DNA of 64,000 nucleotides from Calditrichales bacterium (GCA_965267575.1 OZ254086.1:2944001-3008000); one strand, 5' to 3'; positions 1 to 10,169 are shown, numbered from the stretch's first letter. Notes: generated by a model from the sequence alone, not told the origin. Numbers and translations are program-made.

Positions 1-1556
1 TCAGCGCGGTGTTCAACAAAACGTCTTTTTCGGCCAAGGGCTGGCAGCAGCTCAATCTTACGCTCAGCGAGCCGGATACCGTTTTGCTGGATAACCCCTT
101 TGAACTGGCCTTGCACAGCAAAGACAATCAAATAAGCTTTATCGGATTGTTTAACGAGCAGGTCGAATACATTCGCGGCGATCATGAAATGGACCTGCAA
201 CTGGGAGGCACGCTTGAAAAACCCTCCATCAGCCGCGGCCAGATTAAGATGAACAACGGAAGCATTTTGCTTTCCCGCGTCCGTGATCCGATCAAAAGGG
301 TAACGATTGATGCGACGATAGAAGACAACCTGCTTACCTTTAACAATGTGCGCGGCCGCTCCGAGCGCAAGAAGGACTGGCTGGAAAAAGGATTTGATTT
401 TCTGCGTCGATTGTGGTCGCAGATATTTAACCTGAAGAACGAAGAAGGTACGGTTTATGTGGATGGCACCATCGATCTTGAACAGCTGCTGAGGCCCCGG
501 ATCGATCTTGATCTGCGCATGAAAGAGTTCTATGTCGATTACTTTATTGAGAATACCACGCTGCTGCTGACCAGTAACAATCTGCGCATTTACGGACGTG
601 ACACGATTATGGTGCAGGGGCGCATCACGGTTCCGGAGGGCGATTATGAGGTGATCCTGGATGAGATGAGCAAAAATGTGTACCTGACCGAAACGAATGT
701 CGGTGAGGCAAAGCCGCCTTTTATCGCTGCCGACCTGCGTATTGATATACCGGGGAACTTTGTCGTGGCCAGTTCCGCCCTGGATCTGCAGAATAATTTC
801 AAGCTGACCCTCTCCGGAGACCTGAACGTGGTGATGCCGCCGGGCGCAGAAAGCTCGCAGATAACCGGTGTGATGCAGACGGAATCGGGCAAGTTTACCA
901 CCTTCAACCAAAGTTTCAGCATCGTAAACGGTACGATTGATTTTAACGATCCAAATGAGATCAATCCCGACCTGAATATTCTTGCCGAAAAGCGCCAGCG
1001 CGACAAGATATTCAAGCTGACCATCAGCGGTAATCTGGATAACATCCGTCAGAATATCGCCATTGTCGATCAAAATACGGGTCAGGAATTGACACTCTCC
1101 GAGCAGGACAAGATCGCGTTGCTTACGCTGGGGACGGATATTTCCGGTTTGGGCAGCAATGCTGATTCGGCCCTTATCGGGATCGGTGAAGACGTGGCCT
1201 CCAACACGCTGCTTACGGCCGTGGAGCGCGGCGCCGAAAACCTGACCGGCCTTGACCGCATCGAGATAAGCTCGACGGACAGGTTGCTGAATCTGCAAAA
1301 GCTGAAGCTGAACAACGGCCTGAGCCAGGCATCGATCTCTTTTGGAAAATACCTCACCAGCGATCTATACGTGGAATACCGCACGCGCTTCGGCAGCGGC
1401 GTGCCCACACCCAAGCTAAGCTGGGACGCCGGCAACCGCATCGCGCTGGAATACCGCATCAACCGCTTCTGGAGCCTGGAAAGCTACTACGAGAAGACCG
1501 TGCCGCTGGGCAACGACAAAGTGCAACTGGGGGTATCCTGGCAATATGATTTCTAA
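1..1556 (+). CDS. tamB: TamB/AsmA-like translocation-assembly module protein, C-terminal DUF490-type region (5'-truncated by window edge)
   Basis: The frame is open to the window start. Beta-taco-like sequence (G.IDF...INPDLNI.AE, FGKYLTSDLYVEY, LEYRINRFWSLE) ends in WQYDF and overlaps the downstream Omp85 gene. Confidence 0.8.
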   Translation, partial: SAVFNKTSFSAKGWQQLNLTLSEPDTVLLDNPFELALHSKDNQISFIGLFNEQVEYIRGDHEMDLQLGGTLEKPSISRGQIKMNNGSILLSRVRDPIKRVTIDATIEDNLLTFNNVRGRSERKKDWLEKGFDFLRRLWSQIFNLKNEEGTVYVDGTIDLEQLLRPRIDLDLRMKEFYVDYFIENTTLLLTSNNLRIYGRDTIMVQGRITVPEGDYEVILDEMSKNVYLTETNVGEAKPPFIAADLRIDIPGNFVVASSALDLQNNFKLTLSGDLNVVMPPGAESSQITGVMQTESGKFTTFNQSFSIVNGTIDFNDPNEINPDLNILAEKRQRDKIFKLTISGNLDNIRQNIAIVDQNTGQELTLSEQDKIALLTLGTDISGLGSNADSALIGIGEDVASNTLLTAVERGAENLTGLDRIEISSTDRLLNLQKLKLNNGLSQASISFGKYLTSDLYVEYRTRFGSGVPTPKLSWDAGNRIALEYRINRFWSLESYYEKTVPLGNDKVQLGVSWQYDF

Positions 1557-3417
1557 AACCCGCCTGCTGCCCCTGCTGCTTTTCCTGTTTTGTGTCCCCC
1601 TGTTTGCCCAATTGGAGATTAACTCTGTCCGTTTTGAGCATCAGACCACTTTTTCCAAGGCCGATTTTGAGGAGGTCATACACTCAGAGGAGGGTGAGGA
1701 TTTTGAACCGCGGCTTCTAAAAACCGATCGTATTTTGCTGGTAAACTTCCTGCGCAAAAAGGGCTATCTCGATGCGCAGGTGAGCGACAGCGTCTCCTAC
1801 CAGGAGCGGCGCACCAAGGCGAACATCTTTTTTCTAATTGATGCCGGCATACGCTATTTTTACGGCGGCCTGCGTTTAAAGGGCGTGCAGGAAGTGGACT
1901 CTTCGAAGATCTACAGCGCCTTCGAAAACCTGCGTGTGGGCCGGCCGCTGGACGAAGCGCTGGTGCTTGAGGCGCGCAATAGAGTTGAAAATATCTATTA
2001 CAATTCCGGCAAGCCTTTCGTGAACATCCGCACGGAATATATTTTTGCCGACAGTCTGGCGATTGTCGAGCTGAATATCACCGAAAACATGACGGTTTAC
2101 ATAAAGGATGTGGAATATCGCGGCATGGATCTTGTGCAAAAATTTCTGATCCGCCGTGAGCTGGAAATAAAACCCGGTGATATGTACAACCGCCAGGCCA
2201 TTGAATATTCACAGCAAAATCTTTACGGTACGGGCCTGTTCCGCTTTGTGCGTATGGAGATTGAACCTATCTCCGGCGAGCCCGGCCAGGTGGTGCTGCG
2301 TGTTTACGTGCAGGAAAAAGAAGCACGCTGGATCGGCGTGTCATTCGGCCTGGCCCATGAACGTAACTACAGCAGCGGCGCGGAGGTGACGCTGCAGGGT
2401 GGTCATCGTAATATTTTTGGTACGGCGCGCAGTGCCAGCCTGCATCTGACCCCATCGTTCCTGTATGAATTTGATGAAAACAAGGTGGTCAATAACGAAA
2501 ACAAGATTGAGTTCAAGTTCGTCGAGCCATGGATCGGCAATACGCGCACACCGGGCATTTTCCAGGTCTCTTACCACCAGTACCGGCCTCCCAAATCCGG
2601 CGACTACAACCTGGTGCGCGGCTCCTTCGAGGTACTGCACCGTTTCCGTGAACAGGATATTGAGCTGAATGCCTCTATCTCAGCAAAATACCTGGAACGC
2701 GTGGATGACCAGGATATCGACCTGGGCAACCTCAGCGATTTTGATGCCGGCCAGTCGCGCATTTATTCCATTTCCACCTATGGCAAGCGCGACACGCGTC
2801 CCAATCTGTTCAATCCGTTCAATGGTTCGCTTACCGATTTTGGCGTAACCTTTTCTCTGAGTAGCGGCGAAAATACGGAACAGCAAACACAAACCAACCA
2901 GTTTTTTACGATCGTATCCTCGTGGTCGCGTTACCAGCCCTGGCGCCCGACCATTTTGGGCGAAAGGCTAAACTGGATATTGGCATCGCGGATTAAAGGC
3001 GGCGCAATTCTTGAAACGGGCGGTTCCAAAACAGTGCCTATCAGCGAACGCTTTTACGCCGGGGGCGCCACTACGGTACGTGGTTTCCGCGAGCAGCTCC
3101 TGGGTCCCGCTGCCCGTTTAAACGATCAGGGCGAAATTGAATCGGCATCCGGCGGCAAATTTATCACCCTGGCCAATATTGAAGCACGCGTCCCGCTATT
3201 CTGGCTGTTCTGGGCTGAAGTGTTTGTGGATGCCGGACAGGTATGGGCGGAAGTGGCCGATGTTGATCCGGCAGATATCCGCGCCACCGCAGGTGCCGGT
3301 CTGGCAATCATCACACCCATTGGGCCCGTGCGTATAGACTACGGCCACAAGCTGCAAAAACGTCCCACCGATCCTGCACCTGACGCCTGGCATCTTGGAG
3401 TCTATTTTGCGTTTTGA
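1546..3417 (+). CDS. Omp85/TamA-like outer membrane protein (POTRA domains plus surface-antigen barrel)
   Basis: Signal peptide, POTRA motifs (KKGYLDAQV, IRRELEIKPGDMY...LYGTGLF), ERFYAGGATTVRGF (VRGF motif), GPVRIDYG, terminal F. Confidence 0.85.
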   Translation: MISKTRLLPLLLFLFCVPLFAQLEINSVRFEHQTTFSKADFEEVIHSEEGEDFEPRLLKTDRILLVNFLRKKGYLDAQVSDSVSYQERRTKANIFFLIDAGIRYFYGGLRLKGVQEVDSSKIYSAFENLRVGRPLDEALVLEARNRVENIYYNSGKPFVNIRTEYIFADSLAIVELNITENMTVYIKDVEYRGMDLVQKFLIRRELEIKPGDMYNRQAIEYSQQNLYGTGLFRFVRMEIEPISGEPGQVVLRVYVQEKEARWIGVSFGLAHERNYSSGAEVTLQGGHRNIFGTARSASLHLTPSFLYEFDENKVVNNENKIEFKFVEPWIGNTRTPGIFQVSYHQYRPPKSGDYNLVRGSFEVLHRFREQDIELNASISAKYLERVDDQDIDLGNLSDFDAGQSRIYSISTYGKRDTRPNLFNPFNGSLTDFGVTFSLSSGENTEQQTQTNQFFTIVSSWSRYQPWRPTILGERLNWILASRIKGGAILETGGSKTVPISERFYAGGATTVRGFREQLLGPAARLNDQGEIESASGGKFITLANIEARVPLFWLFWAEVFVDAGQVWAEVADVDPADIRATAGAGLAIITPIGPVRIDYGHKLQKRPTDPAPDAWHLGVYFAF

Positions 3418-3544
3418 GTGTGCTAGTGTGTTAAAGTGTTATTGTATTAGTGTTCTTTATCTTTTTCGTAATCTTAATCATTTTCAAAGTGTCTTGAAGT
3501 CGGGAAGTCTTGGTGTCCTGAGGTCTTCCGGGTGATCGTGATCT
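3418..3544. repeat. Composite degenerate tandem micro-repeat array A
   Basis: 8-mers gtgtgcta/gtgtgtta/aagtgtta/ttgtatta (3418-3449); 6-mers tgttct/ttatct/ttttcg/taatct/taatca/ttttca (3451-3486); 8-mers gtcttgaa/gtcgggaa/gtcttggt/gtcctgag/gtcttccg (3491-3530); tgatcg/tgatct (3533-3544). Confidence 0.8.
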
Positions 3545-3647
3545 TTTAATTTTTCCTCACCATTTAATACCTCACTTTTTTTCGTGCTAACTTATTTTCT
3601 TATTCTTATATTGTGAAAAACCATAACAATTATTGAAAGGCATTCAG

Positions 3648-6596
3648 ATGCGCGCCTTGATCATTCTATTATTTCCGTTCTTGCTTTTGGGCCAATCCAA
3701 CTTACGTAAAGATAAAATAGTGACGGGTAATAAGGTTACCGTTCAGCTTTGGAATTATGGCTCCTATTCTTCGCCGGGTAACAGAACCACAGACTTCAGG
3801 TGGGAAGGATTGGGGTATACTTATGAGGTTGGTTTTTTGGTTGGCGCAAAAGTGGAAGTGCCTGAAGACAGCCACGCCGATGTTTTCGAGGAAGACGGTA
3901 ACTGGTACGCCCACATTATTTCCGACGGACTGATTTCCGTTGACGGTGAGGTGTCTCCCGACTTTACAGAAAGATGGGGATGGAAGCCGTTTCGTGAAAC
4001 GGACGGCCGTGTCTACTTCGAAGAAAGTGAAGCAAACCTGCCCGGAAGCGCTGATTGGGATCATAACCTTGATGGTATCCCGGATAGTTGGCCGGTGGCA
4101 TGGAATGGAATCTGGCCCGGTAAATGGATCGAAGGTGAAGCTCTTGGAGATTCCGAAGTACTGTATGGCATGAACGATCGCAACAATCATGAATTTGAGT
4201 ACTTCCCGTTTCCACAAGACTCGTCTATTGGCGGTCTTGGTCTAGAAGTAGAGGTACGCACGGTTCAGCTGCAGGATTTTTATGATGATATCGTTTTTGC
4301 CGTATTTGAAATTAAAAATAATAGTGAAAAGGACCTGCGAGATGTAGTGGTTGGTTTATGGGGTGATCCGCATATCGGCGGAGCTGACGATTGGAGAGAC
4401 GATTTAATCGGATATAGTAAAGAAAACGATCTCGTATACGCCTGGGATGCCGACGGTGTGGGCGAGGGCGGCCTTACCCCCGGTTATTTCGGCTTTTCTT
4501 TTCTGCAAAGCCCCGGCAATTCAAATGACGGTATCGACAACGATGGAGACGGTCTGATTGATGAAAGCCCCTGGAACAATATAGATGATGATAATGATTG
4601 GTCCGCGGAATCAGATGATCTTGGGACCGATGGTCTTCCGGGCACAGGCGACGAGGGAGAAAACGACGGCCTGCCTACCCGTGGCGAGCCCAATTTTGAA
4701 TGGACGGATATAGATGAAACGGATATGTTGGGTCTGACAAGTTTCATGGCGCCCTTTTTTGGCCAGATGCAAATTAGCGACGACGAAAAAGTTTATTCCG
4801 AAATTTATTATCCCGGAAACTTTGCCGGGCAAACTGAACCGGGAGATTATGTTATGACTGCTGGCAGCGGGCATTTTGACCTGCCGGCACAAGCTTCCGT
4901 TCAGATTGGTGTGGCATTTGTTTTTGGAGAAGATATCCAGGATCTGTTTACAAACAACGAGCGGGCGGCGCGCCTTTACCGCTCATATATTGGCGGGCTG
5001 AAGCACAATCTTTCATATTCCGTAGTTAAGCCGGACAGCGGAGAGGTATCTGCCGATAACCTTACTGTAGATATCGATGATAGCAATTTGCCACAAGATG
5101 CCAATGTTGAATTCGCTCTATCTAAAGCAAACTCCCCAAAGTGGCTGGCTGTTGGTACGGACAAACAGTCTGCACAACCGCAATACCAAATTGATGTTTC
5201 CGATCTTCCCAGTTCCGCGTTTTACACGTTACGTTCCCGGGTAATGAGTCCAACGGGATTTGGATCACATAACTCTTCAGGTTTTTTTACAATCGACAAC
5301 TCCGGCGATGAAAACGTGCCTGCTGAAGTGTTGCCCCTTTTTAATAAAAATATAACCTTGTCAGGAACCTATCGCTTTAGCTGGCTTAGCGCAGATGTAG
5401 ACGGCGATGATTTTCAGACCTCTCTTATCATCACGTCTTCCCTGGTGAGTGACACGCTATATCCTTTGGGCAATTTTTTTGATGTGAATACTCGCAATTA
5501 TCCCAATGCGGACTATAAGCTGAGTTTTGTATCGGATGACGGAAAAGAAGTCGCGACCTACGACATCTCTTTCAATATATCCAACAACTATGACACGCTA
5601 GAACCTTCATTATTGCATCATCCTCACGGCTATTCAAACAGCGCCGTTTATATTAATATTGTCGATCAATCGCAATTATCGGGTCACCTTTACAAAATCG
5701 TTTTTGATACGTTGAGCCCCGCCAGCGAATGCTACTCCGTATTCGATTCAACGGCAGGGGAGTGGCTAATAGAGAATGAACCTTTTTATACGCACCCGCA
5801 TACGGGCTCACTGTTTGATGGTATCCGGTTATCTTTTGAAAACGAGGGTTTTAGCCTTAATGAAGAAGCCAGCGGTTGGAGCGAGAGTTCCGTATCAGCT
5901 TTGCAGTACAATTTTACAGAACGGGATTCGGCAAAATTTTATCCTGCCGATTATGAATTTCGCTTCATGGAGGCCTATTCGGACACATCCGTAAATGGCA
6001 TTGCAATGAACTTCCGAACCTGGAATGTTACGCTTCAAAAAGAATCGTATGTGCACATCTCGGAAAAACCGGCTACGCGAAACGGGAGATGGGATCCGGA
6101 TGAAGATATTTTTGTCTTTGAAAATATTCAGGATCCCGATAATGCACCTGCAGCCAAAGCAGTTTGGCAAGTACATATTGGCTCGAGCGATTCTGATCAG
6201 AATCCCAACGCCGGGGACCTTTTAAGGCTTGTTACCCATAAGCCCTTAAGACAGGATGATGTATATATCTTTGATACGGCACCGCTAAGCATAGACGATG
6301 AAAGCAACCAGCCTCTTGGATTTGAGCTGTTTCAAAATTTCCCTAATCCTTTCAATGGTGAGACGATTATTCGTTTTTCATTATCCGCAGCTTCAAAAGT
6401 CGAATTGGAGATATTCAATATCTTAGGACAGAAAGTTTATGCTATAGGTACCGGGAATTTGAGTGCAGGAACACACGCGATTACCTGGCCAGGAAGGACC
6501 AACGGGGGTGCTGATCTGGCTTCAGGCATCTACTTTTACAGGCTAAAGACATCAACCGAACTCAGCAATCCGCGCAAAATGATGCTTATCAAGTAA
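3648..6596 (+). CDS. Large secreted protein with acidic DxDGDG-type (Ca-binding-like) segment and C-terminal T9SS/FlgD-Ig-like sorting domain
   Basis: ATG at 3648 follows a GAAAGG RBS, then signal peptide MRALIILLFPFLLLG. Contains DGIDNDGDGLIDE. C-terminus is FELFQNFPNPFN...LASGIYFYRL...KMMLIK. Confidence 0.75.
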   Translation: MRALIILLFPFLLLGQSNLRKDKIVTGNKVTVQLWNYGSYSSPGNRTTDFRWEGLGYTYEVGFLVGAKVEVPEDSHADVFEEDGNWYAHIISDGLISVDGEVSPDFTERWGWKPFRETDGRVYFEESEANLPGSADWDHNLDGIPDSWPVAWNGIWPGKWIEGEALGDSEVLYGMNDRNNHEFEYFPFPQDSSIGGLGLEVEVRTVQLQDFYDDIVFAVFEIKNNSEKDLRDVVVGLWGDPHIGGADDWRDDLIGYSKENDLVYAWDADGVGEGGLTPGYFGFSFLQSPGNSNDGIDNDGDGLIDESPWNNIDDDNDWSAESDDLGTDGLPGTGDEGENDGLPTRGEPNFEWTDIDETDMLGLTSFMAPFFGQMQISDDEKVYSEIYYPGNFAGQTEPGDYVMTAGSGHFDLPAQASVQIGVAFVFGEDIQDLFTNNERAARLYRSYIGGLKHNLSYSVVKPDSGEVSADNLTVDIDDSNLPQDANVEFALSKANSPKWLAVGTDKQSAQPQYQIDVSDLPSSAFYTLRSRVMSPTGFGSHNSSGFFTIDNSGDENVPAEVLPLFNKNITLSGTYRFSWLSADVDGDDFQTSLIITSSLVSDTLYPLGNFFDVNTRNYPNADYKLSFVSDDGKEVATYDISFNISNNYDTLEPSLLHHPHGYSNSAVYINIVDQSQLSGHLYKIVFDTLSPASECYSVFDSTAGEWLIENEPFYTHPHTGSLFDGIRLSFENEGFSLNEEASGWSESSVSALQYNFTERDSAKFYPADYEFRFMEAYSDTSVNGIAMNFRTWNVTLQKESYVHISEKPATRNGRWDPDEDIFVFENIQDPDNAPAAKAVWQVHIGSSDSDQNPNAGDLLRLVTHKPLRQDDVYIFDTAPLSIDDESNQPLGFELFQNFPNPFNGETIIRFSLSAASKVELEIFNILGQKVYAIGTGNLSAGTHAITWPGRTNGGADLASGIYFYRLKTSTELSNPRKMMLIK

Positions 6597-6603
6597 AAAA
6601 TAT

Positions 6604-6631
6604 GCCCGCTTCCGGCGGGCTTTTTCTTTTT
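6604..6631 (+). terminator. Rho-independent terminator
   Basis: gcccgc-ttccg-gcgggc hairpin followed by tttttcttttt, just after the stop at 6596. Confidence 0.8.
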
Positions 6632-6665
6632 ATGGCAATGACTTCAAAAGAACCCAATTCCAGCA

Positions 6666-6705
6666 GACTCCTGAACTCCGCGACCACACGACTTCAAGAC
6701 TCAAA
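6666..6705. repeat. Degenerate 8-bp tandem array B (GAC family), inverted relative to array A
   Basis: gactcctg/aactccgc/gaccacac/gacttcaa/gactcaaa. cgacttcaagac (6689-6700) is the exact reverse complement of gtcttgaagtcg (3491-3502). Confidence 0.7.
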
Positions 6706-6841
6706 AAAAACTGAAACCTGCCTTCGAAAGGGACGTTAAATCGCCCGTATTTTGCATAACGATCAATTATTGATTTAAAAAGTGCGTCAATTTAAATTAC
6801 CCAATTGTCTTGAAAACATATAACCAACGACATCTTATTTT

Positions 6842-7264
6842 ATGGAGGCTGAAATGAAACGCTTCGGATTTGCTATCCTGACGTTTAGTCTATCGGTATG
6901 GCTGCTTTTTTCCTGCTCCGGACCGTCTGAAGAGGAAATTTATAACCAGGCGAAAGATCTTTACGCCACGCAAAACTTTGAAGACGCTATTGCGCAATTC
7001 AAACAATTGGACCAAAAACATCCGGACGGGCAGTACCACGCCCAATCGCTTTTTATGATCGGTTTTATCAGCGCCAACGATCTGCAGGATACAACACAGG
7101 CGCGTGAATATTACAACCGTTTTATCCAAAGTTACCCCGAGCACGAGCTGGCCGATGACGCCGGCTACGAGCTTCAGAACCTGGGCAAAGATATCAATGA
7201 GCTGCCCATTTTTGATCAAATCACGGCGGACAGCGCTGCCGCAGTCGAACCCCAAACCAATTAA
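6842..7264 (+). CDS. TPR lipoprotein (BamD/YbgF-like TPR)
   Basis: Lipobox LLFSC. TPR helices (EIYNQAKDLY...AIAQF...HPDG; AREYY..FI..YPEHELADDA). The second ATG (MKRF) follows a GGAGG RBS and may be the true start. Confidence 0.7.
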   Translation: MEAEMKRFGFAILTFSLSVWLLFSCSGPSEEEIYNQAKDLYATQNFEDAIAQFKQLDQKHPDGQYHAQSLFMIGFISANDLQDTTQAREYYNRFIQSYPEHELADDAGYELQNLGKDINELPIFDQITADSAAAVEPQTN

Positions 7265-7273
7265 TTGATAGCA

Positions 7274-8170
7274 ATGTCTGATTACCGGTTCTGCCTTTTT
7301 GCGGGAATCGTTTGGATTGCTTTATCCGCGCTACCGCTTTTGGCGGAAGAGCCTGCGGTACGCGCCTGGAGTGAAACGGACAGTGTCGCCCTGAACGGGG
7401 AGCTGGTTTTCCGTGTGGATATGACCTGGCAAGGGAGCATGAGCCGCTTCCAGGTTGTGCGCTACAAAGAGCCTGACCTGGACGGCCTGAGCCTCGTGCG
7501 CAGCGGTTCCACAAACAAGCTTTCCACCAATCCGGACGGGAGCAGCCGCTCCCTGCGCCGCCTTTCATACTTTCTGAAACCGGAGCGCCGCGGCAACGTA
7601 AGCATTGGACCTTTGACGGTTTATTTCCGTAATGAGCAAAACCGGCTGGACAGTTTGCGCACTCAGCCCGTATCCGCCTACGTCGGTGAGGCGGTAGCGC
7701 GCGGGCCGGAAGGTTTTATGCCCGGTTCCATGATTGTCTGGTTCATCGTTGGCGCCTTTGGGCTTACGTTCGTTTATTTCGTTTTGCGTTACCTGCAGCG
7801 CAGGGGGCAAAATGATGAAACAAAGGAACCGTTGACCCTGGAGCAAAAATATTCCGAATTGCTGCACGAAACGGTGCATATCGGGACCATGAAGAGTGGC
7901 GAGGCGATCACGCAAATGGTCAAATTGCTGAACAGCTATATCGCAGAAAAATTTTCGATACCCGGCGTGCTGGATGAGGCCATCGTGCAGGACAGGCTGC
8001 AGGCCATGGGCGTAGCCGCCACGCTTCGTCAGCGCGTTGCCGAAATGTACGCCAAAGCGGAAAAAGCGCGCTTTGCCAATGAGGCAATCGCACAGACGGA
8101 ATTGCATTTGTATTATGACACGGTAGAACAGGTTTTGAATCCGCAACCAATGCCGTCGCAGCATGAATAA
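7274..8170 (+). CDS. BatD-like single-domain membrane-anchored protein
   Basis: Signal peptide, BatD-type Ig domain (YFLKPERRGNVSIGPLTV), one TM helix, and a C-terminal helical domain ending AEKARFA, as in BatD/DUF4381 proteins. Confidence 0.6.
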   Translation: MSDYRFCLFAGIVWIALSALPLLAEEPAVRAWSETDSVALNGELVFRVDMTWQGSMSRFQVVRYKEPDLDGLSLVRSGSTNKLSTNPDGSSRSLRRLSYFLKPERRGNVSIGPLTVYFRNEQNRLDSLRTQPVSAYVGEAVARGPEGFMPGSMIVWFIVGAFGLTFVYFVLRYLQRRGQNDETKEPLTLEQKYSELLHETVHIGTMKSGEAITQMVKLLNSYIAEKFSIPGVLDEAIVQDRLQAMGVAATLRQRVAEMYAKAEKARFANEAIAQTELHLYYDTVEQVLNPQPMPSQHE

Positions 8171-8183
8171 ATAAGGAGAAGCT

Positions 8184-9173
8184 ATGCATTCGGATATTCA
8201 GGCGTTGAATGAAAAGATCCGTAAAGAGAGTGTGTTTGTTGAAAAGATCGTGAATGAAATTTCCAAGGTGATCGTGGGGCAGACCTATATGGTGGAACGC
8301 CTGATGATCGGTTTGCTGTCCAACGGGCACATTTTGCTGGAGGGTGTGCCGGGGCTGGCTAAAACACTCACCGTGCGAACGCTTTCACAGACACTGCGTA
8401 CCCGTTTTCAGCGCATCCAGTTTACACCGGACCTGCTGCCGGCCGACCTGATCGGTACGCTGATCTACAACCAGAAAGACGGCACATTCAGCACAAAAAA
8501 AGGCCCCATCTTCAGCAACCTGATCCTGGCTGATGAGATCAACCGTTCGCCGGCCAAGGTGCAATCGGCCCTGCTGGAATCGATGCAAGAACGCCAGGTG
8601 ACCATCGGTGAAAACACGTTTAAGCTGGAAGACCCGTTCCTGGTGCTGGCCACGCAAAACCCGATCGAGCAGGAAGGAACCTACCCGCTGCCCGAAGCGC
8701 AGGTGGACCGATTTATGCTCAAACTGCAGATCGGCTATCCGGAAAAAGAGGAAGAGCTGGAGATCATCCGCCGCCAGACGCGCAGCGGGACAACCGATGT
8801 GCAGGCGGTGATTACGCCAGAAGAGATCATCCGCGCCCGCGAGGTGGTGAAAGAGGTTTACGTGGATGAAAAGATCGAAAAGTATATTGTGGATATCGTT
8901 TTTGCCACGCGCCAGCCGGAAGAGTATGGTTTGAAAGAATTAAAAGGCCTGATCACCTTTGGCGCCAGCCCGCGTGCTTCTATCAACCTGGCGCTGGCCG
9001 CCAAGGCCCACGCTTTTCTGCGGGGGCGCGGCTATGTGACGCCGGAAGATATCCGTGCCATAGGCCTGGATGTGATGCGTCACCGTGTGATCCTGAGCTA
9101 TGAAGCCGAGGCCGAGGAGATGACGACCGAAGATGTTGTACGCAAAGTCCTTAACCGCATCGAGGTGCCCTAA
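8184..9173 (+). CDS. moxR: MoxR-family AAA+ ATPase
   Basis: Walker A GVPGLAKT, RIQFTPDLLPADL, Walker B LADEINR, ATQNPIEQEGTYPLPEAQVDRF, GASPRA. AAGGAG RBS. Confidence 0.95.
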   Translation: MHSDIQALNEKIRKESVFVEKIVNEISKVIVGQTYMVERLMIGLLSNGHILLEGVPGLAKTLTVRTLSQTLRTRFQRIQFTPDLLPADLIGTLIYNQKDGTFSTKKGPIFSNLILADEINRSPAKVQSALLESMQERQVTIGENTFKLEDPFLVLATQNPIEQEGTYPLPEAQVDRFMLKLQIGYPEKEEELEIIRRQTRSGTTDVQAVITPEEIIRAREVVKEVYVDEKIEKYIVDIVFATRQPEEYGLKELKGLITFGASPRASINLALAAKAHAFLRGRGYVTPEDIRAIGLDVMRHRVILSYEAEAEEMTTEDVVRKVLNRIEVP

Positions 9174-9176
9174 GCC

Positions 9177-10169
9177 GTGTTGATGCCTGTTGTAATTGGT
9201 GGCGGTGCCATCCTGCTTGTCGCGCTGCTTTACCTGATTATACGTGCCATGCGCCAGGAACCGATGCCGGCGGAAGGGACGCTGGAAAACCGCACCCGTG
9301 ATATTCTGCGCAAAGTAAAACAGATCGAGATATCGACGCGCAGCGTGGTGAATGAGGTTTTCTCCGGCGAGTACCATTCGGTTTTTAAAGGGCGCGGTAT
9401 GGAATTTGCCGAAGTGCGCGAATATCAGCCGGGTGACGATGTGCGTACCATCGACTGGAACGTGTCGGCACGCAACGGCCACCCCTTTGTAAAAGTATTT
9501 GAAGAAGAACGCGAGCTTACAGTGATGCTGCTGGTGGATGTGAGCGCCAGCGGCAGTTTTGGCACGGCGGAACAATTCAAACGCGAGATGGCCGCGGAGA
9601 TGAGCGCCGTGTTGGCTTTTTCGGCCATTAAAAATAATGACAAAGTGGGGCTGATGATTTTTTCGGACCGCATTGAAAAATTTATACCGCCGCGAAAAGG
9701 CAAAAGCCACGTGTTGCGGGTTATCCGCGAAATTCTTTTTTACACGCCGCAGGACGCGCAGACCAATCTGTCCGTCGCGCTGGAATATCTGTTACGCGTC
9801 ATAAAGCGGCGCAGCACCGTTTTCCTGATCTCCGATTTTATGGCCGAAGGTTACGAAAAAGCGCTGCATGTGGCGTCGCGCCGCCACGATATCATCGCCA
9901 TCAGCATCAGTGATCCGCGCGAGGTATCACTGCCCAATGTGGGCGTGGTGGAGTTGCAGGACAATGAAACGGGCGAGATTGTTGAACTGGACACGGGGCA
10001 TCCGCAGGTACGTAACCAGTTTTATCAGAATTTTGTGAAATGTAACCGCGATCTAAAACGTTTATTACGCCGGGTCGGTATCGACCACGTCGAGGTCTTT
10101 ACCGATCGTTCTTACACGGAACCGATTATACGCTTTTTTAAGATGCGTGAGAAAAGGATGGCGGGGTAA
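9177..10169 (+). CDS. DUF58-domain (vWA-like) protein
   Basis: GEYHSVFKGRGMEFAEVREYQPGDDVRTIDWNVSAR, LLVDVSAS, FLISDF. Start position uncertain. Confidence 0.9.
   Translation: MLMPVVIGGGAILLVALLYLIIRAMRQEPMPAEGTLENRTRDILRKVKQIEISTRSVVNEVFSGEYHSVFKGRGMEFAEVREYQPGDDVRTIDWNVSARNGHPFVKVFEEERELTVMLLVDVSASGSFGTAEQFKREMAAEMSAVLAFSAIKNNDKVGLMIFSDRIEKFIPPRKGKSHVLRVIREILFYTPQDAQTNLSVALEYLLRVIKRRSTVFLISDFMAEGYEKALHVASRRHDIIAISISDPREVSLPNVGVVELQDNETGEIVELDTGHPQVRNQFYQNFVKCNRDLKRLLRRVGIDHVEVFTDRSYTEPIIRFFKMREKRMAG

Noticed and set aside
3418..3544. Intergenic arrays considered as CRISPR or guide-RNA arrays
   Set aside because: Units are 6-8 bp, contiguous and degenerate, with no unique spacers and no cas-like or nuclease gene nearby.
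6721..6731. Small hairpin ccttcgaaagg as part of a possible ncRNA or riboswitch
   Set aside because: It is too short, and I recognise no supporting aptamer motif around it.
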